Below are positions 45,367 to 53,958 of a stretch of 64,000 nt of DNA, one piece after another. The stretch lies in contig OZ251992.1 in NCBI GenBank assembly GCA_965246885.1, positions 1,248,001 through 1,312,000 of the forward strand. The letters run 5' to 3'. A program made the position numbers and the translations under genes. Positions within the stretch are counted from its first letter, which is position 1; every line of letters starts with the position of its first letter. A model generated the notes under the pieces. It was not told where the DNA came from and made no database searches. It was given only the letters and a program-made list of their open reading frames with translations. The DNA comes from Abditibacterium sp. (lineage in GTDB: Bacteria; Armatimonadota; Abditibacteriia; Abditibacteriales; Abditibacteriaceae).

Positions 45367-47391
45367 CTATCCCCGAATGACGGCGCCCAGTGAGCGGGCG
45401 GCCTCGACCACTCGGCCAGATACCGCCTCGATGTCTCCCTCGCCCAGCGTGCGGTCGGGCGCTTGCAAGCGCAACGACAGCGCGAGCGACTTTTGCCCCT
45501 CGCCTAATGGCACTCCTTGGAAGACGTCCACCACGCGCGCCGAAGTCACTAACTCCCCACCCGCGTTCTGGACGGCTTCGAGCAAGCGGAGCGAGGGCAT
45601 GCTTTGCGGCACCACGAACGCGAAGTCGCGCTCGACGGCGGGAAAGTTGGAGAACGCCCGGAATTGACGCACAAGCGACACGTGCCGCACCAAGGCGTCG
45701 AAATCTATCTGCGCGCAGTAGACGCGGTGCGACAATTCCCACTTCGCGGCGACGAGCGGATGCACCTCGCCCATCACGCCAATCTCGGCGCCCGACAGCG
45801 CGATAGTGGCGCAGCGTCCGGGGTGAAAGGCGGGGTGACGAATCGGCTCGAACAACAGGTCGGGCGCGCCGAACTCGCGCAAGACGTTCTGCACGATGGC
45901 TTTGAGCGCGAAGAAGTCCACCGGCACGGGCGCCTTTTGCCAATGCGCCGTCGCGGGCGCATCGCTCAAACACACGCCAAGGGTGCGCCGTTCGTCGGCG
46001 AGCGCATGGGCGGCGCTGGTTTCGTAGGTGCGGCCCAACTCGAACCCGCGCAAGCGGCGCCCTTTGTTGCGCGCGAGGACGTCCAGCATGGAAGGCAACA
46101 GGCTGGTGCGGAGCAGGGTGTAATCTTCCGTCAGGGCGTTGCGAAGCCGCACGGCGCGCTCGACGGAAGCGCCCGCATTTGTGTGCGCGGTTTCATTCGA
46201 GAGGGAAATCGTCGCCACTTCGGTGAGGCCACAACGCAAACACGCCGAGCGCGCGCGGTCTTCTAAACGTCCGGCGAGGGGGCGGCCCGCGCTGGTGTTG
46301 ACGCCTTCGTGAAGCGTGGTGGGCACGCGGTCGTAGCCCCACAAGCGCGCGACTTCCTCCACTAAATCTATCTCGCGCTCGATGTCGCGCCGCCTTGTCG
46401 GGACGTGCGCAGTGATGACGCCGCCTTCGAGGGTGGTCTTGAAGCCCAACCGGTCGAGGGCGGCTTGCATCCACGACGGCTCGATGTTTAACCCCAGTAG
46501 TTCGTTGGCCCGCGCGGGCCGCAGCGACACGGCGCGTGGGGTGGCGGGATGGGGATAAACGTCAACGGCGCCTTGCGCGACGCGCCCGCCCGCGATTTGA
46601 ACGAGCAGTTGTGCCGCGCGGTCGAGTGAGCGCAAACAGCCGTTGGGATCAACCCAGCGCTCGAAGCGTTTGCTCGCTTCGCTGGGCAAGCCGAGCAGTT
46701 GCACGCCGCGCCGCACGCGCGTCGGGGTGAAATGTGCGGACTCCAACAGGACGTTCACGGTTCCATCGGAAACTTCGGTCGCCAATCCGCCCATGATGCC
46801 CGCGACCGCGATGGGGCCGCTTCCGTCCGCGATGACGAGGGTTTCGGGCGCAAGGGCGCGCTCTTGGTCGTCCAAGGTGCGCAGCATCTCGCCCTCGCGC
46901 GCGCGGCGCACGGTGATGTGGCCGCCGCCAAGCGTATCGAAGTCGAAGGCGTGAAGCGGCTGCCCCCATTCGAGCATGACGTAGTTGGTGGCGTCCACGA
47001 CGTTGTTGATGGGCCGCACGCCGCAATCGAGCAGTCGTTGCTGCATCCAGTCGGGCGACTCGCCAACCGTCACGCCTTCGACCAAACGGGCGCAATAACG
47101 CGCGCAGTCGTCGGGGTTCTGGATTGTGATCTCGACGCGGCCTTCGATGGGCGGGCCGTCTTCTTCGACATCGGGCGCGGGCGCGCGGAAGCGGGCGTCG
47201 GTCATGGCGCCAATCTCGCGCGCCAAACCCGTCGCGCATAGCCAGTCGCCGCGATTGCTCGTCACTTCCAGTTCAAAGCGCTCGCCCTCGCGCGCTTCGA
47301 TACCCAATCCCGCGAGCAACAACACGTTCTCTAATTTGTCAACGGGCGGTAGGGCGACATATTCGCGCAGCCATTCAGCAGAGATTCTCAT
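45367..47391 (-). CDS. pheT: Phenylalanine-tRNA ligase beta subunit (short form)
   Basis: EVTSNRGDWL, INNVVDATNYVMLEWGQPLHAFD, REIDLVEEVAR and C-terminal FDX-ACB (FPAVERDF). Confidence 0.95.
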   Translation of the reverse strand: MRISAEWLREYVALPPVDKLENVLLLAGLGIEAREGERFELEVTSNRGDWLCATGLAREIGAMTDARFRAPAPDVEEDGPPIEGRVEITIQNPDDCARYCARLVEGVTVGESPDWMQQRLLDCGVRPINNVVDATNYVMLEWGQPLHAFDFDTLGGGHITVRRAREGEMLRTLDDQERALAPETLVIADGSGPIAVAGIMGGLATEVSDGTVNVLLESAHFTPTRVRRGVQLLGLPSEASKRFERWVDPNGCLRSLDRAAQLLVQIAGGRVAQGAVDVYPHPATPRAVSLRPARANELLGLNIEPSWMQAALDRLGFKTTLEGGVITAHVPTRRRDIEREIDLVEEVARLWGYDRVPTTLHEGVNTSAGRPLAGRLEDRARSACLRCGLTEVATISLSNETAHTNAGASVERAVRLRNALTEDYTLLRTSLLPSMLDVLARNKGRRLRGFELGRTYETSAAHALADERRTLGVCLSDAPATAHWQKAPVPVDFFALKAIVQNVLREFGAPDLLFEPIRHPAFHPGRCATIALSGAEIGVMGEVHPLVAAKWELSHRVYCAQIDFDALVRHVSLVRQFRAFSNFPAVERDFAFVVPQSMPSLRLLEAVQNAGGELVTSARVVDVFQGVPLGEGQKSLALSLRLQAPDRTLGEGDIEAVSGRVVEAARSLGAVIRG

Positions 47392-47400
47392 GGTGGGGGT

Positions 47401-48408
47401 TTAGAATTGCTCCAAAAAGCGCAGGTCGTTCTCGTAGAACAAGCGCAGGTCTTCGACGCCGAACTTGATCATCGCCATGCGCTCGATGCCAAAGCCAAAC
47501 GCGAAGCCGCTCACTTCTTCGGGATTGTAACCGACGTTTTCGAGGACTTTGGGATGCACCAAGCCGCAGCCGCCCAATTCCAGCCATTTGCCGTTGAAGA
47601 AAACATCGAACTCGGCGGACGGCTCGGTGAAGGGGAAAAAGTGCGGGCGGAAGCGGCTTTGCACCGCGCCCGCGCCGGGGGCGGCCTCGAAGAGTTGCGA
47701 TAGAAACGTCGAGAGTGTGCCCTTGAGGTCGCCGAATGTAACGCCCTTGGCCACGCACAAACCCTCGACTTGGTTGAACATGGCGAGGTGCGTCCGGTCT
47801 ATGGCTTCGCGGCGATAAACCCGCCCCGGCGCGATGATTTTGACGGGCGGCTGGCGCCCTTCCATCGTGCGGATTTGGACGGACGAGGTTTCGGTTCGCA
47901 ACACCACGTCGTCCGCGACATACAGCGTGTCGCGCTCGAAGCGGGCCGGATGGTCGGGGCCGATGCCAAGGGCGTCGAAGTTGTACCACACGTGTTCGAC
48001 TTCCGGCCCCTCGACAACCGAAAAGCCAAGGTTGGAGAAGATGCGCACGATGTCGTCGAGGGTTTGCGTGAGCGGGTGGCGCCGCCCGAAGGAGATGTCG
48101 GGCGCAGGCAGGGACACATCGAGCGTTTCGGCGCGCAATCGGGCGTCCAATTCGGCACCCGCAAGTTCAGCGCGGCGCGCATCAAACGCCGCTTCGACGC
48201 GCCCTTTCACTTCGTTAATGAGCGCGCCCACACGCGGGCGCTCGTCGGGCGCGAGCTTGCCCAAACCACGCGAAGCGAGCGTTAGCTCGGCGGACTTGCC
48301 AAGATGCTGCACGCGCCACGTCTCAAGTTCGGCACTTGTCGCAAGGGCAGGGAGCGCAGCCAGAAGTTCCCGTTCCAGTTCGGGCAGGCGGCTTTGAAGG
48401 TCGGACAT
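47401..48408 (-). CDS. pheS: Phenylalanine-tRNA ligase alpha subunit
   Basis: YNFDAL, LRTETS, PGRVYR, FPFTEPS and GFAFGFGIER motifs. Confidence 0.97.
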   Translation of the reverse strand: MSDLQSRLPELERELLAALPALATSAELETWRVQHLGKSAELTLASRGLGKLAPDERPRVGALINEVKGRVEAAFDARRAELAGAELDARLRAETLDVSLPAPDISFGRRHPLTQTLDDIVRIFSNLGFSVVEGPEVEHVWYNFDALGIGPDHPARFERDTLYVADDVVLRTETSSVQIRTMEGRQPPVKIIAPGRVYRREAIDRTHLAMFNQVEGLCVAKGVTFGDLKGTLSTFLSQLFEAAPGAGAVQSRFRPHFFPFTEPSAEFDVFFNGKWLELGGCGLVHPKVLENVGYNPEEVSGFAFGFGIERMAMIKFGVEDLRLFYENDLRFLEQF

Positions 48409-48467
48409 AAAGGAATTTGCCGCGAAGTGTAGAACGCGCGGGGAAATGGCCTGTGGAGGGGGAGGAA

Positions 48468-49019
48468 TTAGCGGGCTTTCCAACTGTTCCACGAGTAAAG
48501 CGAGAGGGCGTAGAAGCGGGCGAGCTCGGGTTGATTCTTCTTGAGAGACTGCCACTCGGCAACGGCAGCACGCGCGTTTTTGACGAGGTTTTCGGCTTCA
48601 CTCTGGGTGAAGGGACTAGAAAGGTCGTAGTCGGCGCGGTGTCGAGCTTGCTGCAACTCAGCGAACTGGCGGGCAAGCTTCCTCGATGGGATCGAGGACG
48701 ATACACCGTAGAGAGTCCAGAACGGTTTTAGCAAATCTTTGGGCGTGGCTTTGATGAACTCTGCGCTGGCCTCTTTCATCGCCGTATGCGAAAAGCCGCG
48801 CCCAACCAACTGGCGGAGCGGCTTTTGTGTCGGCGAAGCGCCCACGATCATGGTCGTTGCCTCTTCGATCAAGAAGTGGAACAATCCGTAGTAGGCTGAG
48901 GAAACGGCGCGGCGCAAGTTGACTTGTTTGGGGCGGCGCGGATCAGCGCGCAGCAGTTTCTCGGCTTGAACGAGCAAATCTTCCGAGTAGCGACTCAAAG
49001 AGCCACCATCTCTTTCCAT
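48468..49019 (-). CDS. HEPN-domain protein
   Basis: RRAVSSAYYGLFH and LQQARHRADYD motifs. Start uncertain. Confidence 0.75.
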   Translation of the reverse strand: MERDGGSLSRYSEDLLVQAEKLLRADPRRPKQVNLRRAVSSAYYGLFHFLIEEATTMIVGASPTQKPLRQLVGRGFSHTAMKEASAEFIKATPKDLLKPFWTLYGVSSSIPSRKLARQFAELQQARHRADYDLSSPFTQSEAENLVKNARAAVAEWQSLKKNQPELARFYALSLYSWNSWKAR

Positions 49020-49276
49020 TCCCGGACACGGCGGGTGTGGATATAGGGGAAAAGGTCAGGTTCCCAGAGTATCATCTCCTCAAACGCCGTGTCGCGTAGC
49101 GATTCGATGAATTCGTAGTTTAAATCGTCATCCGTGAGCGCGTCATCAAGCAGGAGCCAGACGAAGAGCGCCGGATCGCCCGCCCAATCGGGGCGCCGTT
49201 GGATGACGACTTCGCGTAGCGTTGTGAACCCCTTCTCGTGCATAACCTCTTTGAGGCGATTTTCCATTTTATCCAT
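48995..49276 (-). CDS. Small acidic protein, probable MNT-like partner of the HEPN gene
   Basis: DWAGDPALFVWLLLDD...FPYIH; overlaps or abuts the HEPN gene. Confidence 0.55.
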   Translation of the reverse strand: MDKMENRLKEVMHEKGFTTLREVVIQRRPDWAGDPALFVWLLLDDALTDDDLNYEFIESLRDTAFEEMILWEPDLFPYIHTRRVREWKEMVAL

Positions 49277-49286
49277 ATCCTTTAAT

Positions 49287-49943
49287 TTACTCCGCTTGGG
49301 CGACCACGCGCGGCGTGATGCCGTCGGGCCAAGAGGTCTCGACGCCGCGCCGGGAGATGGATTTTGAGCCGCCCAAAATCCAGCGCAACGGCCAGTCGGC
49401 GGCGAAGGAAAGGCCGACACGGGTGGTCTGGACAAGCGGGCCGCGACTGTCCAAGAACTCGGCGCGAGCGGGGTTCTGGGCGATGAGCAGGTCGGAATCG
49501 GACAGGTCGGCGCCGTTGAGGTCGAGGCCGATGCCCTGCGCGATGCAGAGCTTGGAGGGGCCGTTGGTCAGTTCGACATCGCGCGCGACGGGGCGATTGG
49601 CACGCATGGTATCGAGGCCAAAGCGCGGCTCGATGGCGCGAACCAGCACAGCTTCGGCCAATCCGGGCGGGCGGCACACGGCGTTGACGCAGCGATAGCC
49701 GCCATAGATGTTGAAAACGTAAGCGCGGCCACAGTCGCCCCACATGGCGCGGTTGCGCGGCGTTTCGCGGCGATAAGCGTGGCAAGCGGGGTCGTCGGTC
49801 AGATACGCTTCGGTTTCGACGATCTCGCCGCCAAGCCACTGCTCCCCGACGCGGCGCAAGAGGAACTGGCCAAGTAGCAAAGGTGCGACGACTTCGGCGC
49901 CGGGAAGATAGGAATCGTGGGGGAGAGGCTGGAACGGCGGCAT
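49287..49943 (-). CDS. mpg: DNA-3-methyladenine glycosylase (MPG/AAG family)
   Basis: GEIVETEAY..DPACH, AYVFNIYG, AVLVRAIEP, LTNGPSKLC and RVGL motifs. Confidence 0.9.
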   Translation of the reverse strand: MPPFQPLPHDSYLPGAEVVAPLLLGQFLLRRVGEQWLGGEIVETEAYLTDDPACHAYRRETPRNRAMWGDCGRAYVFNIYGGYRCVNAVCRPPGLAEAVLVRAIEPRFGLDTMRANRPVARDVELTNGPSKLCIAQGIGLDLNGADLSDSDLLIAQNPARAEFLDSRGPLVQTTRVGLSFAADWPLRWILGGSKSISRRGVETSWPDGITPRVVAQAE

Positions 49944-49954
49944 AGTCAGGAGGG

Positions 49955-51127
49955 CTAATGGCCAGCGATGGCGGCGTGCGGGGCGTCGGGCAGAAAGAAG
50001 AACAGGATGCCCAAGATGGCGTAGACCGCGAGAAGTTGCGCGCCTTCGAGCCAGTTCGATTCGCCGTCGCCCGCAATCTGCGCGCTGATGCCGACGGCCA
50101 CAATCACGGCGGCGATCTCGGCGGTCGAGAACTCCAAGTCGAGCGGTTTGCCAAACAGATAGGACGCGAATACCAAGACGGGCGCCACGAAGAGGGCGAT
50201 TTGCACGCTGGAACCGATGGCGATGCCCAGCGCGAGGTCGGTTTTGTTCTTGAGCGCGCTCATTACCGCCGTCGAGTGCTCCGCCGCGTTGCCGATGATG
50301 GCGACCACAATCACGCCCACGAATACTTCCGTCAGTCCAAGCCGGTGCCGCGCGGCCTCGACGCTTCCCACCAGAAACTCGCTCATCAGCGCAACAAACA
50401 GAGTGGCGACAAGCAGCGTGCCAATCGAGCGCGCGAGCGACCACTCTTCGTGCTCGGTGTCTGGTTTGGCGACGAACTCCCCAACTTCGGCGGCGTTGGC
50501 TTCGGCTTCGGCGTCCGCTTCGCTTTCGCCCGCGAACAATTCGCGGTGTGTGCCAAGCGCAAACAGCAGCGTGGCGATGTAGGTTACGAACAGCACGACG
50601 GCGATGCCCAGCGACAATTGGTGCCCTTTGGCAATGTTCCTCTCGCCCGACAAATGAAAGACCGTCGGCATCACAAGGGCAATCGCCGCAATCAAGAGCG
50701 TCGTCGAGGACGAGCGCGCGACGGTGCGGTTGAAGCGCTGCGTGCGAAACTTCAGCCCCCCGCAAAACAGCGACAGACCCAAAACGAGGAGGACGTTGCC
50801 GATAATCGAGCCGGTAATTGAAGCCTTCACCACACCGAACAACCCCTTCTGCAACGCCACGAGCGCGATGATTAACTCGGCAGCGTTGCCAAACGTCGCG
50901 TTGAGCAGACCGCCCAAGCCCTGTCCAACGCGCTCCGCCAAGTGCTCCGTCGCGCGCCCCATCCACCCCGCGAGCGGGATAACCGCCAAACAGGAGGTAA
51001 TGAAAAGCGCCGTCGCATTGTGGGGCGCGAAGAGACGGATGGCGATGGCGACGGGCACGAACGCCAGCAGCCAATCGAGCGAGGGTTTAAAAGAAACGCG
51101 CGGGCGCGCGGGCAAAGAGGCGGGCAT
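49955..51127 (-). CDS. cax: Ca2+/H+ antiporter (CAX family)
   Basis: [25 protein letters not shown] and GESNWLEG motifs. Confidence 0.92.
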   Translation of the reverse strand: MPASLPARPRVSFKPSLDWLLAFVPVAIAIRLFAPHNATALFITSCLAVIPLAGWMGRATEHLAERVGQGLGGLLNATFGNAAELIIALVALQKGLFGVVKASITGSIIGNVLLVLGLSLFCGGLKFRTQRFNRTVARSSSTTLLIAAIALVMPTVFHLSGERNIAKGHQLSLGIAVVLFVTYIATLLFALGTHRELFAGESEADAEAEANAAEVGEFVAKPDTEHEEWSLARSIGTLLVATLFVALMSEFLVGSVEAARHRLGLTEVFVGVIVVAIIGNAAEHSTAVMSALKNKTDLALGIAIGSSVQIALFVAPVLVFASYLFGKPLDLEFSTAEIAAVIVAVGISAQIAGDGESNWLEGAQLLAVYAILGILFFFLPDAPHAAIAGH

Positions 51128-51187
51128 GAAAGAAAAGGCAACAAAGAGTGCAAACCCCTCTCCCAAGCCGCGCGTGCGCTCAAGCTC

Positions 51188-51562
51188 CTATCCCGCGAGG
51201 TTCGGCGCGTCGCCGTGCGTGGCGACGATGGTAAAGTCAATGCCGCCGCGAATGTTGAAGTGCCCCGTCACGCGCATCCATTTGGGAGCGCACGCCGCCA
51301 CCATCGCGTTGAGAATGATGTTGGTCACGTCTTCGTGGAAGTTGCCCTCGTCGCGGAAGCTCCACAGGTATTGCTTGAGGCTCTTGGACTCCAAGCACTT
51401 CGCATCCGGGCGGTATTCCACTTTAATTTGCGCGAAGTCCGGCTGCCCCGTGAGCGGGCACAGCGTGGTGAACTCGCTCGTCTCGAACGTGATGGTGTAG
51501 GAGTTGTTGGGGTGCGGGTTGGGAAAAGTCTGGAGTTCTTTGGAAGCAAGAAGCGCGGCCAT
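51188..51562 (-). CDS. queF: 7-cyano-7-deazaguanine (preQ0) reductase
   Basis: [26 protein letters not shown] and FNIRGGI motifs. Confidence 0.95.
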   Translation of the reverse strand: MAALLASKELQTFPNPHPNNSYTITFETSEFTTLCPLTGQPDFAQIKVEYRPDAKCLESKSLKQYLWSFRDEGNFHEDVTNIILNAMVAACAPKWMRVTGHFNIRGGIDFTIVATHGDAPNLAG

Positions 51563-51611
51563 AGCGGAATTCCAACGAGTGCGAGCGCGCTCAGGTTGCG
51601 CGCCCGCCGCG

Positions 51612-51917
51612 TTAGTCCAACTCGACGCTCACCATGCCCTCTTCAATCACGACGCGGTAAGTGTCCACGCTGACGCCTGCGACGGTCGAACATTCCCCGG
51701 TGCGGGTGTCGAACTCCCAGCAATGCCAAGGGCACGCGACGGCGTTGCCGTCAGTATAACCCGACGACAAATCGGCGCCCGCGTGCGGGCAGACGTTGTC
51801 AATGGCGCGCACTTCGTCGCCCACGCGAAACAGCGCGACTTGGTGCGGCCCGGAGCGGAATAGGAAGCCCTCTTTTTCGGGCAGTTCGAGGAGCGGTTTA
51901 ACGTCAATAAGAGGCAT
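51612..51917 (-). CDS. Rieske [2Fe-2S] ferredoxin (NirD-like)
   Basis: CPHAG...CPWH motifs. Confidence 0.9.
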   Translation of the reverse strand: MPLIDVKPLLELPEKEGFLFRSGPHQVALFRVGDEVRAIDNVCPHAGADLSSGYTDGNAVACPWHCWEFDTRTGECSTVAGVSVDTYRVVIEEGMVSVELD

Positions 51918-51961
51918 GGCAAAGCATTTTACTCATGCGAGGCGTGTGCCGGTGTCGCCCT

Positions 51962-52765
51962 TCACCCGGCACGGGGAAAGTTGAAGGCTATAATGGACTC
52001 TTCGACAACGGTCACGGGGATCCAAAGCGTTCTTCTCCCCACCTTCGCCCGTAGCCATTCCCTGTCGTCAATGGCATCGAACGTCACCAAAGTTCCGCGC
52101 GGGAAAGCAAGAGTCCTCGAATTCCAGTTCGGCGAGCGGTAGAAGCGCGCGTATTTATTCAGTTGAATCGAAATCTTGGAGCCTCCCTCGCCGGAAACCA
52201 TGCTGCGAGAAACAATCGGGCCGAGCGGCCTCTTGACCTTGTGCAGAATGCTGCGCCCGTTGAACCGCCACACATGGGAGAAGGTAATCCACTGATAACC
52301 CCGATGCTCGGTCAAAGTGCCGTCGCGGTTGAATCCGTGAACTTCTTCGAGCGGTGGCGAGACCTGCCGTAACTGCCCGCGTTGCCAGCGATAAATTTTG
52401 GTGAGCCGCAAGGTGGGTTCATATTCACTTTCCGTGTCGACAAACAAAAAGCGCGGCCCCTTGTGATGCTGGGGGATGAAGCTGCAATCAGTTATGCGGT
52501 CATGGTTAAGCCACCGCAATGGCCAGCGTTTGCCGTTAATCGAAAGCACAAACCAGTCGGCCCCCGACTTTAGCGGCCCTTGCCCTTCCTTGAACGTCTG
52601 AAGAGAAACCCACTCACGCTTGCCGTCCCCATCTAAGTCCACGTGCAAAGACCGCCCGTTGGGTTCGACGTGCGGAAACAAATAAACGGGTTGAGCGGCA
52701 GCGCGCCGCCCCAAGAGTGCGCACCACAGCGCCACCCCCGCACCAATCGCGCGATGAAATATCAC
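51962..52765 (-). CDS. Hypothetical secreted protein (FG-GAP/EF-like DLDGDGK motif, possible C-terminal SH3-like region)
   Basis: Signal-like N-terminus. GTG at 52765 has TAACAT 7 nt upstream. Confidence 0.55.
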   Translation of the reverse strand: MIFHRAIGAGVALWCALLGRRAAAQPVYLFPHVEPNGRSLHVDLDGDGKREWVSLQTFKEGQGPLKSGADWFVLSINGKRWPLRWLNHDRITDCSFIPQHHKGPRFLFVDTESEYEPTLRLTKIYRWQRGQLRQVSPPLEEVHGFNRDGTLTEHRGYQWITFSHVWRFNGRSILHKVKRPLGPIVSRSMVSGEGGSKISIQLNKYARFYRSPNWNSRTLAFPRGTLVTFDAIDDREWLRAKVGRRTLWIPVTVVEESIIAFNFPRAG

Positions 52766-52792
52766 TCCATTGATGTTATCAAACAATTCCCT

Positions 52793-53449
52793 TTACACCA
52801 GGAACTCCCGCAAGGTGGATTCCAATTCGGCGGGCACGAGGATGAGCAACAGGTCGCCCGGTTGGAAGATGGTGTCGCCCGATGGGATGTGGCCCTCGTT
52901 GTCGCGCAGTGTGGCAATCACAAGGCACTGCGCGGGAAAGGTCAGGTCGCCCAAGCGCGCGCCGTTAAGCGGCGAGTGCTCTTCGACGATGATCTCTATC
53001 ACTTCGAGGCTGGAGCGTTCGAGCGCGCCGAGCAAGACGACGGGCGAGCGGGCCATCTTTTGACCGAGCATATTGAGCACCGTCGCCGTCCCGGAAACGC
53101 GCTCGTGAATGCCGAGCTTTTCAAAAAGCGCCTCGTTGTCGGGGTTGTTGACGCGCGCAATGACGCGCGGGCGGGCAAAGCAACCCTGCGCCATTTGCGC
53201 GATAACGAGGTTGTCGGCGTCGTCGCCCGTCGCGGCGAAAAGCAGGTCGGCGCGCTGGATGCCCGCGTTCTTGAGCGTGAGCGGGTCGCAGCCATCGCCG
53301 TTCATCACCACATCGCCCAACTCCGACGCCAAGCGCGCGAAGTGGCCGGGGTGCTTTTCGAGCAAGCAGACCTCGTAGTCGCGGTTAATCAAAGAGCGGG
53401 ACAGGTAGTAGCCAATCTTGCCGCCACCGATAATAATTGCATAAGCCAT
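52793..53449 (-). CDS. trkA: TrkA/KtrA-family K+ transport regulatory subunit (RCK_N + RCK_C)
   Basis: IIGGGKIG, ATGDDADN and ARVNNP motifs; RCK_C IPSGDTIFQPGD. Confidence 0.88.
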   Translation of the reverse strand: MAYAIIIGGGKIGYYLSRSLINRDYEVCLLEKHPGHFARLASELGDVVMNGDGCDPLTLKNAGIQRADLLFAATGDDADNLVIAQMAQGCFARPRVIARVNNPDNEALFEKLGIHERVSGTATVLNMLGQKMARSPVVLLGALERSSLEVIEIIVEEHSPLNGARLGDLTFPAQCLVIATLRDNEGHIPSGDTIFQPGDLLLILVPAELESTLREFLV

Positions 53450-53452
53450 GAT

Positions 53453-53911
53453 TTAAAGCAGGTCGCTGGCGTCTCCTGACACGCTCGCTTCGCCGGGCAG
53501 TTCGGGGAACTCGCCTTTGAGCGCCCATAGTTCGAGCAGGCCCTCGACGACCGTTGTAACGCACAGCGTTTCGATGCCCATCTCCCGATACTTCGCGGCG
53601 CGGATGGGGTCTTTGAGGCGGGCCACCACGCGCTCGCGCCCGAACTGCGTTTTGGCGATTTGCACGATCATCAGGTTACGGTTGTCGCCGCCCGTTGTGG
53701 CCATCACGATGTCGGCAGTTTTGACGCCCGCCTTCTTGAGGGTTTCGGCATCCGTCCCGGAGCCTTGAAACGTCGGGCCGCGAAAGTCGCCGCCCAAGCG
53801 AGCAAACGCGTCGCGCGTGTCGTCCACGACGGCAATGCTGTGGCCGCCGCGTTCCAGCCGAATCGCCAAGCGCGACCCGACGCGGCCACAGCCGATAATA
53901 AGGATGTTCAT
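53453..53911 (-). CDS. TrkA-family RCK_N-only subunit
   Basis: IIGCGRVG, TGGDNRN and ARLKDP motifs. Confidence 0.85.
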   Translation of the reverse strand: MNILIIGCGRVGSRLAIRLERGGHSIAVVDDTRDAFARLGGDFRGPTFQGSGTDAETLKKAGVKTADIVMATTGGDNRNLMIVQIAKTQFGRERVVARLKDPIRAAKYREMGIETLCVTTVVEGLLELWALKGEFPELPGEASVSGDASDLL

Positions 53912-53958
53912 TTGAAAAGGTTAGGCGGGCAGGGCGCTCAGTCTGCCACTCCCGCCGC

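Noticed and set aside
45008..45973. N-terminal 320 aa of ORF 43061..45973
   Set aside because: Overlaps pheT in another frame and runs through the repeat array. An SD-preceded ATG at 45007 starts the recognisable domain.
48409..48467. T-box or attenuator upstream of pheS
   Set aside because: Only about 60 nt separate it from the HEPN gene, with no T-box sequence or Phe-rich leader peptide.
49944..51074. 595-aa ORF 49287..51074 as a fusion protein
   Set aside because: The upstream part is an alternate frame of cax. Only 49287-49943 has MPG motifs.
51563..51611. preQ1 riboswitch upstream of queF
   Set aside because: The 49-nt GC-rich spacer lacks the A-rich 3' tail and stem of preQ1-I.
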